From Eledone cirrhosa (Eukaryota): DNA of 64,000 nt. Below the pieces are notes generated by a model. It saw only the letters and a program-made list of their open reading frames with translations, ran no database searches and was not told the DNA's origin. Positions 1 through 14,776 of this stretch are shown piece by piece (position 1 is the stretch's first letter; every line of letters begins with the position of its first letter). Both the position numbers and the translations under genes were made by a program. The stretch covers positions 24,862,001 through 24,926,000 of the forward strand of contig OZ024753.1 of NCBI GenBank assembly GCA_964016885.1, in the 5' to 3' direction.

Positions 1-3000
1 AGACATAGAAACATGATAGTAATAACTCCAACCAAGACATAGAAACATGATAGTAATAACTCCAACCAAAATATAGAAACATGATAGTAACAACTCCAAC
101 CAAGAAATAGAAACATGATAGTAATAACTCCAACCAAAATATAGAAACATGATAGTAATAACTCCAACCAAGACATAGAAACATGATAGTAATAACTCCA
201 ACCAAGACATAGAAACAGGATAGTAATAACTCCAACCAAGATATAGAAATAGGATAGTAACAACTCCAGCCAAAATATTGAAACATGATAGTAATAACTC
301 CAACCAAGATATAGAAACATGATAGTAATAACTCCAAAGAAGATATAGAAACAGGATAGTAATAACTCCAACCAAGACATAGAAACAGGATAGTAATAAC
401 TTCAGACAAGACATAGAAACAGGATAGTAATAACTCCAGACAAGACATAGAAACAGGATAGTAATAACTCCAGACAAGACATAGAAACATGATAGTAATA
501 ACTCCAACCAAGATATAGAAACATGATAATAATATCTCCAACCAAGACATAGAAACAGGATAGTAATAACTCCAGCAAAGACATAGAAGCAGGATAGTAA
601 TAACTCCAGACAAGACTGAGAAACATGATAATAATAACTCCAACCAAGACATAGAAACATGATAGTAATAACCCCAATCATGACATAAAAACATGATAAT
701 AATAACTTCAGTCAAGATATAGAAACATGATAGTAATAACTCCAGTCAAGATATAGAAACTTGATAGTAATAACTCCAACCAAGACATAGAAACATGATA
801 ATAATAACTCCAGTCAAGACATAGAAACATGATAGTAATAACTCCAACCAAGACATAGAAACATGATAGTAATAACTCCAACCAACATATAGAAACATGA
901 TAGTAATAACGCCAGTCAAGATATAGAAACATGATAGTAATAACTCCAGTCAAGACATCGAAACAGGATAGTAATAACTCCCGCCAAGATATAGAGACAG
1001 GATAGTAATAACTCCAGTCAAGACATAGAAACATGATAGTAATAACTCCTGTCAAGATATAGAAACATGATAGTAATAACTCCAACCAAGACATAGAAAC
1101 AGGATAGTAATGAATCTAGCCAAGATATAGAAACATGATAGTAATAACTCCAGTCAAGATATAGAAACATGATAGTAATAGCTCCAACCAAGACATAGAA
1201 ACATGATAGTAATAACTCCAACCAAACATAGAAACAGGATAGTAATAACTCCAGCGAAGACATAGAAACATGATAGTAATAACTCCAACCAAACATAGAA
1301 ACATGATAGTAATAACCCCAACCAAGATATAGAAACAGGATAGTAATAACTCCAACCAAGACATAGAAACAGGATAGTAATAACTCCAGTCAAGATATAG
1401 AAACATGATAGTAATAACTCCAACCAAGATATAGAAACATGATAGTAATAACTCCAACCAAGACATACAAACATGATAGTAATAACTCCAGCCAAGATAT
1501 AGAAACATGATAGTAATAACTCCAACCAAGACATAGAAACATGATAATAATAACTCCAGTCAAGACATAGAAACATGATAGTAATAACTCCAACTAAGAC
1601 ATAGAAACATGATAGTAATAACTCCAGTCAAGACATAGAAACATGATAGTAATAACTCCAGTCAAGACATAGAAACATGATAGTAATAACTCCAACCAAC
1701 ATATAGAAACATGATAGTAATAACGCCAGTCAAGATATAGAAACATGATAGTAATAACTCCAGCCAAGACATAGAAACATGATAGTAATAACTCCAGCCA
1801 AGACATAGAAACATGATAGTAATAACTCCCGCCAAGATATAGAAACATGATAGTAATAACTCGAGTCAAGAGATAGAAACATGATAGTAATAACTCAAGT
1901 CAAGACTTAGAAACATGATAGTAATAACTCCAGTCAAGATATAGAAACATGATAATAATAACCCCGATCAAGTTATAGAAACATGATAGTAATAACTCCA
2001 ACCAAGACAGAGAAACATGATAGTAATAACTCCAACCAAAATATAGAAACAGGATAGTAATAACTCTAACCAAGACATAGAAACAGGATAGTAATAACTC
2101 CAAACTAAATATGGAAACATGATAGTAATAACTCCAATCAAGACATAGAAACAGGATAGTAATAACTCCTACCAAGACATAGAAACAGGATAGTAATAAC
2201 TCCAACCAAGACATAGAAACAGGATAGTAATAACTCCAGCCAAGATATAGAAACAGTATAGTAATAACTCCAACCAAGACATAGAAACAGGATAGTAATA
2301 ACTCCAACCAAGACATAGAAACAGGATAGTAATAACTCCCGCCAAGATATAGAAACATGATAGTAATAACTCCAGTCAAGAGATAGAAACATGATAGTAA
2401 TAACTCCAGTCAAGACATAGAAACATGATAGTAATAACTCCAACCAAGACATAGAAACATGATAGTAATAACTCCAACCAAAATATAGAAACATGATAGT
2501 AACAACTCCAACCAAGAAATAGAAACATGATAGTAATAACTCCAACCAAAATATAGAAACATGATAGTAATAACTCCAACCAAGACATAGAAACATGATA
2601 GTAATAACTCCAACCAAGACATAGAAACAGGATAGTAATAACTCCAACCAAGATATAGAAATAGGATAGTAACAACTCCAGCCAAAATATTGAAACATGA
2701 TAGTAATAACTCCAACCAAGATATAGAAACATGATAGTAATAACTCCAAAGAAGATATAGAAACAGGATAGTAATAACTCCAACCAAGACATAGAAACAG
2801 GATAGTAATAACTTCAGACAAGACATAGAAACAGGATAGTAATAACTCCAGACAAGACATAGAAACAGGATAGTAATAACTCCAGACAAGACATAGAAAC
2901 ATGATAGTAATAACTCCAACCAAGATATAGAAACATGATAGTAATAACTCCAACCAAGACATAGAAACATGATAGTAATAACTCCAGCCAAGACATAGAA

Positions 3001-5450
3001 ACTTCATAGTAATAACTCCAACCAAGACATAGAAACATGATAATAATAACTCCAGTCAAGACATAGAAACATGATAGTAATAACTCCAGTCAAGACATAG
3101 AAACATGATAGTAATAACTCCAACCAACATATAGAAACATGATAGTAATAACGCCAGTCAAGATATAGAAACATGATAGTAATAACTCCAGCCAAGACAT
3201 AGAAACATGATAGTAATAACTCCAGCCAAGACATAGAAACATGATAGTAATAACTCCCGCCAAGATATAGAAACATGATAGTAATAACTCGAGTCAAGAG
3301 ATAGAAACATGATAGTAATAACTCAAGTCAAGACTTAGAAACATGATAGTAATAACTCCAGTCAAGATATAGAAACATGATAATAATAACCCCGATCAAG
3401 TTATAGAAACATGATAGTAATAACTCCAACCAAGACAGAGAAACATGATAGTAATAACTCCAACCAAAATATAGAAACAGGATAGTAATAACTCTAACCA
3501 AGACATAGAAACAGGATAGTAATAACTCCAAACTAAATATGGAAACATGATAGTAATAACTCCAATCAAGACATAGAAACAGGATAGTAATAACTCCTAC
3601 CAAGACATAGAAACAGGATAGTAATAACTCCAACCAAGACATAGAAACAGGATAGTAATAACTCCAGCCAAGATATAGAAACAGTATAGTAATAACTCCA
3701 ACCAAGACATAGAAACAGGATAGTAATAACTCCAACCAAGACATAGAAACAGGATAGTAATAACTCCCGCCAAGATATAGAAACATGATAGTAATAACTC
3801 CAGTCAAGAGATAGAAACATGATAGTAATAACTCCAGTCAAGACATAGAAACATGATAGTAATAACTCCAACCAAGACATAGAAACATGATAGTAATAAC
3901 TCCAACCAAAATATAGAAACATGATAGTAACAACTCCAACCAAGAAATAGAAACATGATAGTAATAACTCCAACCAAAATATAGAAACATGATAGTAATA
4001 ACTCCAACCAAGACATAGAAACATGATAGTAATAACTCCAACCAAGACATAGAAACAGGATAGTAATAACTCCAACCAAGATATAGAAATAGGATAGTAA
4101 CAACTCCAGCCAAAATATTGAAACATGATAGTAATAACTCCAACCAAGATATAGAAACATGATAGTAATAACTCCAAAGAAGATATAGAAACAGGATAGT
4201 AATAACTCCAACCAAGACATAGAAACAGGATAGTAATAACTTCAGACAAGACATAGAAACAGGATAGTAATAACTCCAGACAAGACATAGAAACAGGATA
4301 GTAATAACTCCAGACAAGACATAGAAACATGATAGTAATAACTCCAACCAAGATATAGAAACATGATAATAATATCTCCAACCAAGACATAGAAACAGGA
4401 TAGTAATAACTCCAGCAAAGACATAGAAGCAGGATAGTAATAACTCCAGACAAGACTGAGAAACATGATAATAATAACTCCAACCAAGACATAGAAACAT
4501 GATAGTAATAACCCCAATCATGACATAAAAACATGATAATAATAACTTCAGTCAAGATATAGAAACATGATAGTAATAACTCCAGTCAAGATATAGAAAC
4601 TTGATAGTAATAACTCCAACCAAGACATAGAAACATGATAATAATAACTCCAGTCAAGACATAGAAACATGATAGTAATAACTCCAACCAAGACATAGAA
4701 ACATGATAGTAATAACTCCAACCAACATATAGAAACATGATAGTAATAACGCCAGTCAAGATATAGAAACATGATAGTAATAACTCCAGTCAAGACATCG
4801 AAACAGGATAGTAATAACTCCCGCCAAGATATAGAGACAGGATAGTAATAACTCCAGTCAAGACATAGAAACATGATAGTAATAACTCCTGTCAAGATAT
4901 AGAAACATGATAGTAATAACTCCAACCAAGACATAGAAACAGGATAGTAATGAATCTAGCCAAGATATAGAAACATGATAGTAATAACTCCAGTCAAGAT
5001 ATAGAAACATGATAGTAATAGCTCCAACCAAGACATAGAAACATGATAGTAATAACTCCAACCAAACATAGAAACAGGATAGTAATAACTCCAGCGAAGA
5101 CATAGAAACATGATAGTAATAACTCCAACCAAACATAGAAACATGATAGTAATAACCCCAACCAAGATATAGAAACAGGATAGTAATAACTCCAACCAAG
5201 ACATAGAAACAGGATAGTAATAACTCCAGTCAAGATATAGAAACATGATAGTAATAACTCCAACCAAGATATAGAAACATGATAGTAATAACTCCAACCA
5301 AGACATACAAACATGATAGTAATAACTCCAGCCAAGATATAGAAACATGATAGTAATAACTCCAACCAAGACATAGAAACATGATAATAATAACTCCAGT
5401 CAAGACATAGAAACATGATAGTAATAACTCCAACTAAGACATAGAAACAT
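1..5450 (+). repeat. Direct segmental duplication, offset 3840 bp (113 monomers minus two 1-bp deletions): about 1-1610 recurs at about 3841-5450
   Basis: Line 1 matches line 3841. Rare variants recur at +3840 (tgaatctagc 1111/4951; gacatcg about 954/4794). ORF-track pairs 402/4242, 708/4548 and 1018/4858 have identical translations. Confidence 0.92.
1616..4368 (+). repeat. Near-tandem duplication, offset 1428 bp (42 monomers)
   Basis: CTCGAG at 1860/3288; identical ORF pairs 1900/3328 and 2376/3804; 1428 = 42 x 34. Confidence 0.9.
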
Positions 5451-8400
5451 GATAATAATTACTCCAGTCAAGATATAGAAACATGATAGTAATAACTCCA
5501 ACCAAGACATAGAAACATGATAGTAATAACGCCAGTCAAGATATAGAAACATGATAGTAATAACTCCAACCAAGACATAGAAACCGGATAGTAATAACTC
5601 CAGTCAAGATATAGAAACAGGAGAGTATTAACTCCAGTCAAGATATAGAAACATGATAGTAATAACTCCAGTCAAGATATAGAAACATGATAGTAATAAC
5701 TTCAACCAAGACATAGAAACAGGATAGTAATAACTCCAACCAAGATATAGAAACATGATAGTAATAACTCCAACCAAGACATAGAAACATGATAGTAATA
5801 ACTCCAGCCAAGACATAGAAACATGATAGTAATAACTCCAGTCAAGACATAGAAACATGATAGTAATAACTCCAGTCAAGACATAGAAACATGATAGTAA
5901 TAACTCCAGTCAAGACATAGAAACATGATAGTAATAACTCCAGTCAAGATATAGAAACATGATAGTAATAACTCCAACCAAGACATAGAAACAGGATAGT
6001 AATAACTCTAGCCAAGATATAGAAACATGATAGTAATAACTCCAGTCAAGATATAGTAACATGATAGTAATAACTCCAGTCAAGATATAGAAACATGATA
6101 GTAATAGCTCCAACCAACACATAGAAACATGATAGTAATAACTCCAACCAAACATAGAAACAGGATAGTAATAACTCCAACCAAGACATAGAAACATGAT
6201 AGTAATAACTCCAACCAAGATATAGAAACATGATAGTAATAACTCCAACCAAGACATAGAAACAGGATAGTAATAACTCCAACCAAGACATAGAAACATG
6301 ATAGTAATAACTCCAACCTAGATATAGAAACATGATAGTAATAACTCCAACCAAGAAATACAAACATGATAGTAATAACTCCAGCCAAGACATAGAAACA
6401 TGATAGTAATAACTCCAACCAAGACATAAAAACATGATAATAATAACTCCAGTCAAGACATAGAAACATGATAGTAATAACTCCAGTCAAGACATAGAAA
6501 CATAATAGTAATAACTCCAACCAAGACATAGAAACATGATAGTAATAACTCCAACCAAGATATAGAAACATGATAGTAATAACTCCAACCAAGACATAGA
6601 AACAGGATAGTAATAACTCCAAGCAAGACATAGAAACATGATAGTAATAACTCCAACCTAGATATAGAAACATGATAGTAATAACTCCAACCAAGACATA
6701 GAAACATGATAGTAATAACTCCAGCCAAGACATAGAAACATGATAGTAATAACTCCAACCAAGACATAGAAACATGATAATAATAACTCCAGTCAAGACA
6801 TAGAAACATGATAGTAATAACTCCAGTCAAGACATAGAAACATAATAGTAATAACTCCAACCAAGATATAGAAACATGATAGTAATAACGCCAGTCAAGA
6901 CATAGAAACATGATAGTAATAACTCCAGTCAAGATATAGAAACATGATAGTAATAACTCCAACCAAGACATATAAACAGGATAGTAATAACTCTAGCCAA
7001 GATATAGAAAGATGATAGTAATAACTCCAGTCAAGATATAGTAACATGATAGTAATAACTCCAGTCAAGATATAGAAACATGATAGTAATAGCTCCAACC
7101 AAGACATAGAAACATGATAGTAATAACTCCAACCAAGATATAGAAACAGGATAGTAATAACTCCAACCAAACATAGAAACAGGATAGTAATAACTCCAGC
7201 CAAGATATAGTAACAGGATAGTAATAACTCCAGACAAGACATAGAAACAAGATAGTAATAACTCTAACCAAGACATAGAGACATGATAGTGATAACTCCA
7301 GAAAAGATATAGAAACAAGATAGTAATAACTCCAGACAAGATATAGAAACAAGATAGTAATAACTCCAACCAAGATATAGAAACAAGATAGTAATAACTC
7401 CAACCAAGATATAGAAACAAGATAGTAATTACTCCAGCCAAGATATAGAAACATGATAGTAATAACTCCAGTCAAGATATAGAAATATGATAGTAATAAC
7501 TCTAACCAAGACATAGAGACATGATAGTAATAACTCCAACCAAGACATATAAACAGTATAGTAATAACTCCAGATAAGACAGAGAAACATGATAGTAATA
7601 ACTCCAGACAAGATATAGAAAGATGATAGTAATAACTCCAACCAAGACAGAGAAACATGATAGTAATAACTCCAGCCAAGATATAGAAACAGGATAGTAA
7701 TAACTCCAACCAAACATAGAAACAGGATAATAATAACTCCAGCGAAGACATAGAAACATGATAGTAATAACTCCAACCAAGACATAGAAACATGATAGTA
7801 ATAACTCCAACCAAGATATAGAAACAGGATAGTAATAACTCCAACCAAGACATAGAAACAGGATAGTAATAACTCCAGTCAAGATATAGAAACATGATAG
7901 TAATAACTCCAACCAAGATATAGAAACATGATAGTAATAACTCCAACCAAGACATAGAAACAGGATAGTAATAACTCCAACCAAGACATAGAAACATGAT
8001 AGTAATAACTCCAACCAAGATATAGAAACATGATAGTAATAACTCCAACCAAGACATAGAAACATGATAGTAATAACTCCAGCCAAGACATAGAAACTTC
8101 ATAGTAATAACTCCAACCAAGACATAGAAACATGATAATAATAACTCCAGTCAAGACATAGAAACATGATAGTAATAACTCCAGTCAAGACATAGAAACA
8201 TGATAGTAATAACTCCAACCAACATATAGAAACATGATAGTAATAACGCCAGTCAAGATATAGAAACATGATAGTAATAACTCCAGCCAAGACATAGAAA
8301 CATGATAGTAATAACTCCAGCCAAGACATAGAAACATGATAGTAATAACTCCCGCCAAGATATAGAAACATGATAGTAATAACTCGAGTCAAGAGATAGA

Positions 8401-11400
8401 AACATGATAGTAATAACTCAAGTCAAGACTTAGAAACATGATAGTAATAACTCCAGTCAAGATATAGAAACATGATAATAATAACCCCGATCAAGTTATA
8501 GAAACATGATAGTAATAACTCCAACCAAGACAGAGAAACATGATAGTAATAACTCCAACCAAAATATAGAAACAGGATAGTAATAACTCTAACCAAGACA
8601 TAGAAACAGGATAGTAATAACTCCAAACTAAATATGGAAACATGATAGTAATAACTCCAATCAAGACATAGAAACAGGATAGTAATAACTCCTACCAAGA
8701 CATAGAAACAGGATAGTAATAACTCCAACCAAGACATAGAAACAGGATAGTAATAACTCCAGCCAAGATATAGAAACAGTATAGTAATAACTCCAACCAA
8801 GACATAGAAACAGGATAGTAATAACTCCAACCAAGACATAGAAACAGGATAGTAATAACTCCCGCCAAGATATAGAAACATGATAGTAATAACTCCAGTC
8901 AAGAGATAGAAACATGATAGTAATAACTCCAGTCAAGACATAGAAACATGATAGTAATAACTCCAACCAAGACATAGAAACATGATAGTAATAACTCCAA
9001 CCAAAATATAGAAACATGATAGTAACAACTCCAACCAAGAAATAGAAACATGATAGTAATAACTCCAACCAAAATATAGAAACATGATAGTAATAACTCC
9101 AACCAAGACATAGAAACATGATAGTAATAACTCCAACCAAGACATAGAAACAGGATAGTAATAACTCCAACCAAGATATAGAAATAGGATAGTAACAACT
9201 CCAGCCAAAATATTGAAACATGATAGTAATAACTCCAACCAAGATATAGAAACATGATAGTAATAACTCCAAAGAAGATATAGAAACAGGATAGTAATAA
9301 CTCCAACCAAGACATAGAAACAGGATAGTAATAACTTCAGACAAGACATAGAAACAGGATAGTAATAACTCCAGACAAGACATAGAAACAGGATAGTAAT
9401 AACTCCAGACAAGACATAGAAACATGATAGTAATAACTCCAACCAAGATATAGAAACATGATAATAATATCTCCAACCAAGACATAGAAACAGGATAGTA
9501 ATAACTCCAGCAAAGACATAGAAGCAGGATAGTAATAACTCCAGACAAGACTGAGAAACATGATAATAATAACTCCAACCAAGACATAGAAACATGATAG
9601 TAATAACCCCAATCATGACATAAAAACATGATAATAATAACTTCAGTCAAGATATAGAAACATGATAGTAATAACTCCAGTCAAGATATAGAAACTTGAT
9701 AGTAATAACTCCAACCAAGACATAGAAACATGATAATAATAACTCCAGTCAAGACATAGAAACATGATAGTAATAACTCCAACCAAGACATAGAAACATG
9801 ATAGTAATAACTCCAACCAACATATAGAAACATGATAGTAATAACGCCAGTCAAGATATAGAAACATGATAGTAATAACTCCAGTCAAGACATCGAAACA
9901 GGATAGTAATAACTCCCGCCAAGATATAGAGACAGGATAGTAATAACTCCAGTCAAGACATAGAAACATGATAGTAATAACTCCTGTCAAGATATAGAAA
10001 CATGATAGTAATAACTCCAACCAAGACATAGAAACAGGATAGTAATGAATCTAGCCAAGATATAGAAACATGATAGTAATAACTCCAGTCAAGATATAGA
10101 AACATGATAGTAATAGCTCCAACCAAGACATAGAAACATGATAGTAATAACTCCAACCAAACATAGAAACAGGATAGTAATAACTCCAGCGAAGACATAG
10201 AAACATGATAGTAATAACTCCAACCAAACATAGAAACATGATAGTAATAACCCCAACCAAGATATAGAAACAGGATAGTAATAACTCCAACCAAGACATA
10301 GAAACAGGATAGTAATAACTCCAGTCAAGATATAGAAACATGATAGTAATAACTCCAACCAAGATATAGAAACATGATAGTAATAACTCCAACCAAGACA
10401 TACAAACATGATAGTAATAACTCCAGCCAAGATATAGAAACATGATAGTAATAACTCCAACCAAGACATAGAAACATGATAATAATAACTCCAGTCAAGA
10501 CATAGAAACATGATAGTAATAACTCCAACTAAGACATAGAAACATGATAATAATTACTCCAGTCAAGATATAGAAACATGATAGTAATAACTCCAACCAA
10601 GACATAGAAACATGATAGTAATAACGCCAGTCAAGATATAGAAACATGATAGTAATAACTCCAACCAAGACATAGAAACCGGATAGTAATAACTCCAGTC
10701 AAGATATAGAAACAGGAGAGTATTAACTCCAGTCAAGATATAGAAACATGATAGTAATAACTCCAGTCAAGATATAGAAACATGATAGTAATAACTTCAA
10801 CCAAGACATAGAAACAGGATAGTAATAACTCCAACCAAGATATAGAAACATGATAGTAATAACTCCAACCAAGACATAGAAACATGATAGTAATAACTCC
10901 AGCCAAGACATAGAAACATGATAGTAATAACTCCAGTCAAGACATAGAAACATGATAGTAATAACTCCAGTCAAGACATAGAAACATGATAGTAATAACT
11001 CCAGTCAAGACATAGAAACATGATAGTAATAACTCCAGTCAAGATATAGAAACATGATAGTAATAACTCCAACCAAGACATAGAAACAGGATAGTAATAA
11101 CTCTAGCCAAGATATAGAAACATGATAGTAATAACTCCAGTCAAGATATAGTAACATGATAGTAATAACTCCAGTCAAGATATAGAAACATGATAGTAAT
11201 AGCTCCAACCAACACATAGAAACATGATAGTAATAACTCCAACCAAACATAGAAACAGGATAGTAATAACTCCAACCAAGACATAGAAACATGATAGTAA
11301 TAACTCCAACCAAGATATAGAAACATGATAGTAATAACTCCAACCAAGACATAGAAACAGGATAGTAATAACTCCAACCAAGACATAGAAACATGATAGT

Positions 11401-13150
11401 AATAACTCCAACCTAGATATAGAAACATGATAGTAATAACTCCAACCAAGAAATACAAACATGATAGTAATAACTCCAGCCAAGACATAGAAACATGATA
11501 GTAATAACTCCAACCAAGACATAAAAACATGATAATAATAACTCCAGTCAAGACATAGAAACATGATAGTAATAACTCCAGTCAAGACATAGAAACATAA
11601 TAGTAATAACTCCAACCAAGACATAGAAACATGATAGTAATAACTCCAACCAAGATATAGAAACATGATAGTAATAACTCCAACCAAGACATAGAAACAG
11701 GATAGTAATAACTCCAAGCAAGACATAGAAACATGATAGTAATAACTCCAACCTAGATATAGAAACATGATAGTAATAACTCCAACCAAGACATAGAAAC
11801 ATGATAGTAATAACTCCAGCCAAGACATAGAAACATGATAGTAATAACTCCAACCAAGACATAGAAACATGATAATAATAACTCCAGTCAAGACATAGAA
11901 ACATGATAGTAATAACTCCAGTCAAGACATAGAAACATAATAGTAATAACTCCAACCAAGATATAGAAACATGATAGTAATAACGCCAGTCAAGACATAG
12001 AAACATGATAGTAATAACTCCAGTCAAGATATAGAAACATGATAGTAATAACTCCAACCAAGACATATAAACAGGATAGTAATAACTCTAGCCAAGATAT
12101 AGAAAGATGATAGTAATAACTCCAGTCAAGATATAGTAACATGATAGTAATAACTCCAGTCAAGATATAGAAACATGATAGTAATAGCTCCAACCAAGAC
12201 ATAGAAACATGATAGTAATAACTCCAACCAAGATATAGAAACAGGATAGTAATAACTCCAACCAAACATAGAAACAGGATAGTAATAACTCCAGCCAAGA
12301 TATAGTAACAGGATAGTAATAACTCCAGACAAGACATAGAAACAAGATAGTAATAACTCTAACCAAGACATAGAGACATGATAGTGATAACTCCAGAAAA
12401 GATATAGAAACAAGATAGTAATAACTCCAGACAAGATATAGAAACAAGATAGTAATAACTCCAACCAAGATATAGAAACAAGATAGTAATAACTCCAACC
12501 AAGATATAGAAACAAGATAGTAATAACTCCAGCCAAGATATAGAAACATGATAGTAATAACTCCAGCCAAGATATAGAAACAAGATAGTAATAACTCCAG
12601 TCAAGATATAGAAATATGATAGTAATAACTCTAACCAAGACATAGAGACATGATAGTGATAACTCCAGAAAAGATATAGAAAGAAGATAGTAATAACTCC
12701 AGACAAGATATAGAAACAAGATAGTAATAACTCCAACCAAGATATAGAAACAAGATAGTAATAACTCCAACCAAGATATAGAAACAAGATAGTAATTACT
12801 CCAGCCAAGATATAGAAACATGATAGTACTAACTCCAGTCAAGATATAGAAATATGATAGTAATAACTCTAACCAAGACATAGAGACATGATAGTAATAA
12901 CTCCAACCAAGACATATAAACAGTATAGTAATAACTCCAGATAAGACAGAGAAACATGATAGTAATAACTCCAGACAAGATATAGAAAGATGATAGTAAT
13001 AACTCCAACCAAGACAGAGAAACATGATAGTAATAACTCCAGCCAAGATATAGAAACAGGATAGTAATAACTCCAACCAAACATAGAAACAGGATAATAA
13101 TAACTCCAGCGAAGACATAGAAACATGATAGTAATAACTCCAACCAAGAC
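2887..13150 (+). repeat. Tandem duplication, unit 5095 bp (150 monomers minus five deletions); the second copy carries an extra 272-bp (8-monomer) internal expansion
   Basis: CTCGAG at 3288/8383; gagagtatta about 5621/10716; identical ORF pairs 3004/8099, 4242/9337, 5628/10723 and 6895/11990. Confidence 0.92.
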
Positions 13151-14776
13151 ATAGAAACAGGATAGTAATAACTCCAACCAAGACATAGAAACAGGATAGT
13201 AATAACTCCAGTCAAGATATAGAAACATGAGAGTAATAACTCCAACCAAGATATAGAAACATGATAGTAATAACTCCAACCAAGACATAGAAACAGGATA
13301 GTAATAACTCCAACCAAGACATAGAAACATGATAGTAATAACTCCAACCAAGATATAGAAACATGATAGTAATAACTCCAACCAAGACATAGAAACATGA
13401 TAGTAATAACTCCAGCCAAGACATGGAAACTTCATAGTAATAACTCCAACCAAGACATAGAAACATGATAATAATAACTCCAGTCAAGACATAGAAACAT
13501 GATAGTAATAACTCCAGTCAAGACATAGAAACATGATAGTAATAACTCCAACCAACATATAGAAACATGATAGTAATAACGCCAGTCAAGATATAGAAAC
13601 ATGATAGTAATAACTCCAGCCAAGACATAGAAACATGATAGTAATAACTCCAGTCAAGACATAGAAACATGATAGTAATAACTCCCGCCAAGATATAGAA
13701 ACATGATAGTAATAACTCGAGTCAAGAGATAGAAGCATGATAGTAATAACTCAAGTCAAGACTTAGAAACATGATAGTAATAACTCCAGTCAAGATATAG
13801 AAACATGATAGTAATAACCCCAATCAAGTTATAGAAACATGATAGTAATAACTCCAACCAAGACAGAGAAACATGATAGTAATAACTCCAACCAAAATAT
13901 AGAAACAGGATAGTAATAACTCTAACCAAGACATAGAAACAGGATAGTAATAACTCCAAACTAAGTATGGAAACATGATAGTAATAACTCCAATCAAGAC
14001 ATAGAAACAGGATAGTAATAACTCCTACCAAGACATAGAAACAGGATAGTAATAACTCCAACCAAGACATAGAAACAGGATAGTAATAACTCCAGCCAAG
14101 ATATAGAAACAGTATAGTAATAACTCCAACCAAGACATAGAAACAGGATAGTAATAACTCCAACCAAGACATAGAAACAGGATAGTAATAACTCCCGCCA
14201 AGATATAGAAACATGATAGTAATAACTCCAGTCAAGAGATAGAAACATGATAGTAATAACTCCAGTCAAGACATAGAAACATGATAGTAATAACTCCAAC
14301 CAAGACATAGAAACATGATAGTAATAACTCCAACCAAAATATAGAAACATGATAGTAACAACTCCAACCAAGAAATAGAAACATGATAGTAATAACTCCA
14401 ACCAAAATATAGAAACATGATAGTAATAACTCCAACCAAGACATAGAAACATGATAGTAATAACTCCAACCAAGACATAGAAACAGGATAGTAATAACTC
14501 CAACCAAGATATAGAAATAGGATAGTAATAACTCCAACCAAAATATTGAAACATGATAGTAATAACTCCAACCAAGATATACAAACAGGATAGTAATAAC
14601 TCCAACCAAGACATAGAAACAGGATAGTAATAACTCCAGACAAGACATAGAAACAGGATAGTAATAACTCCAGACAAGACATAGAAACAGGATAGTAATA
14701 ACTCCAGACAAGACATAGAAACATGATAGTAATAACTCCAACCAAGATATAGAAACATGATAATAATATCTCCAAC

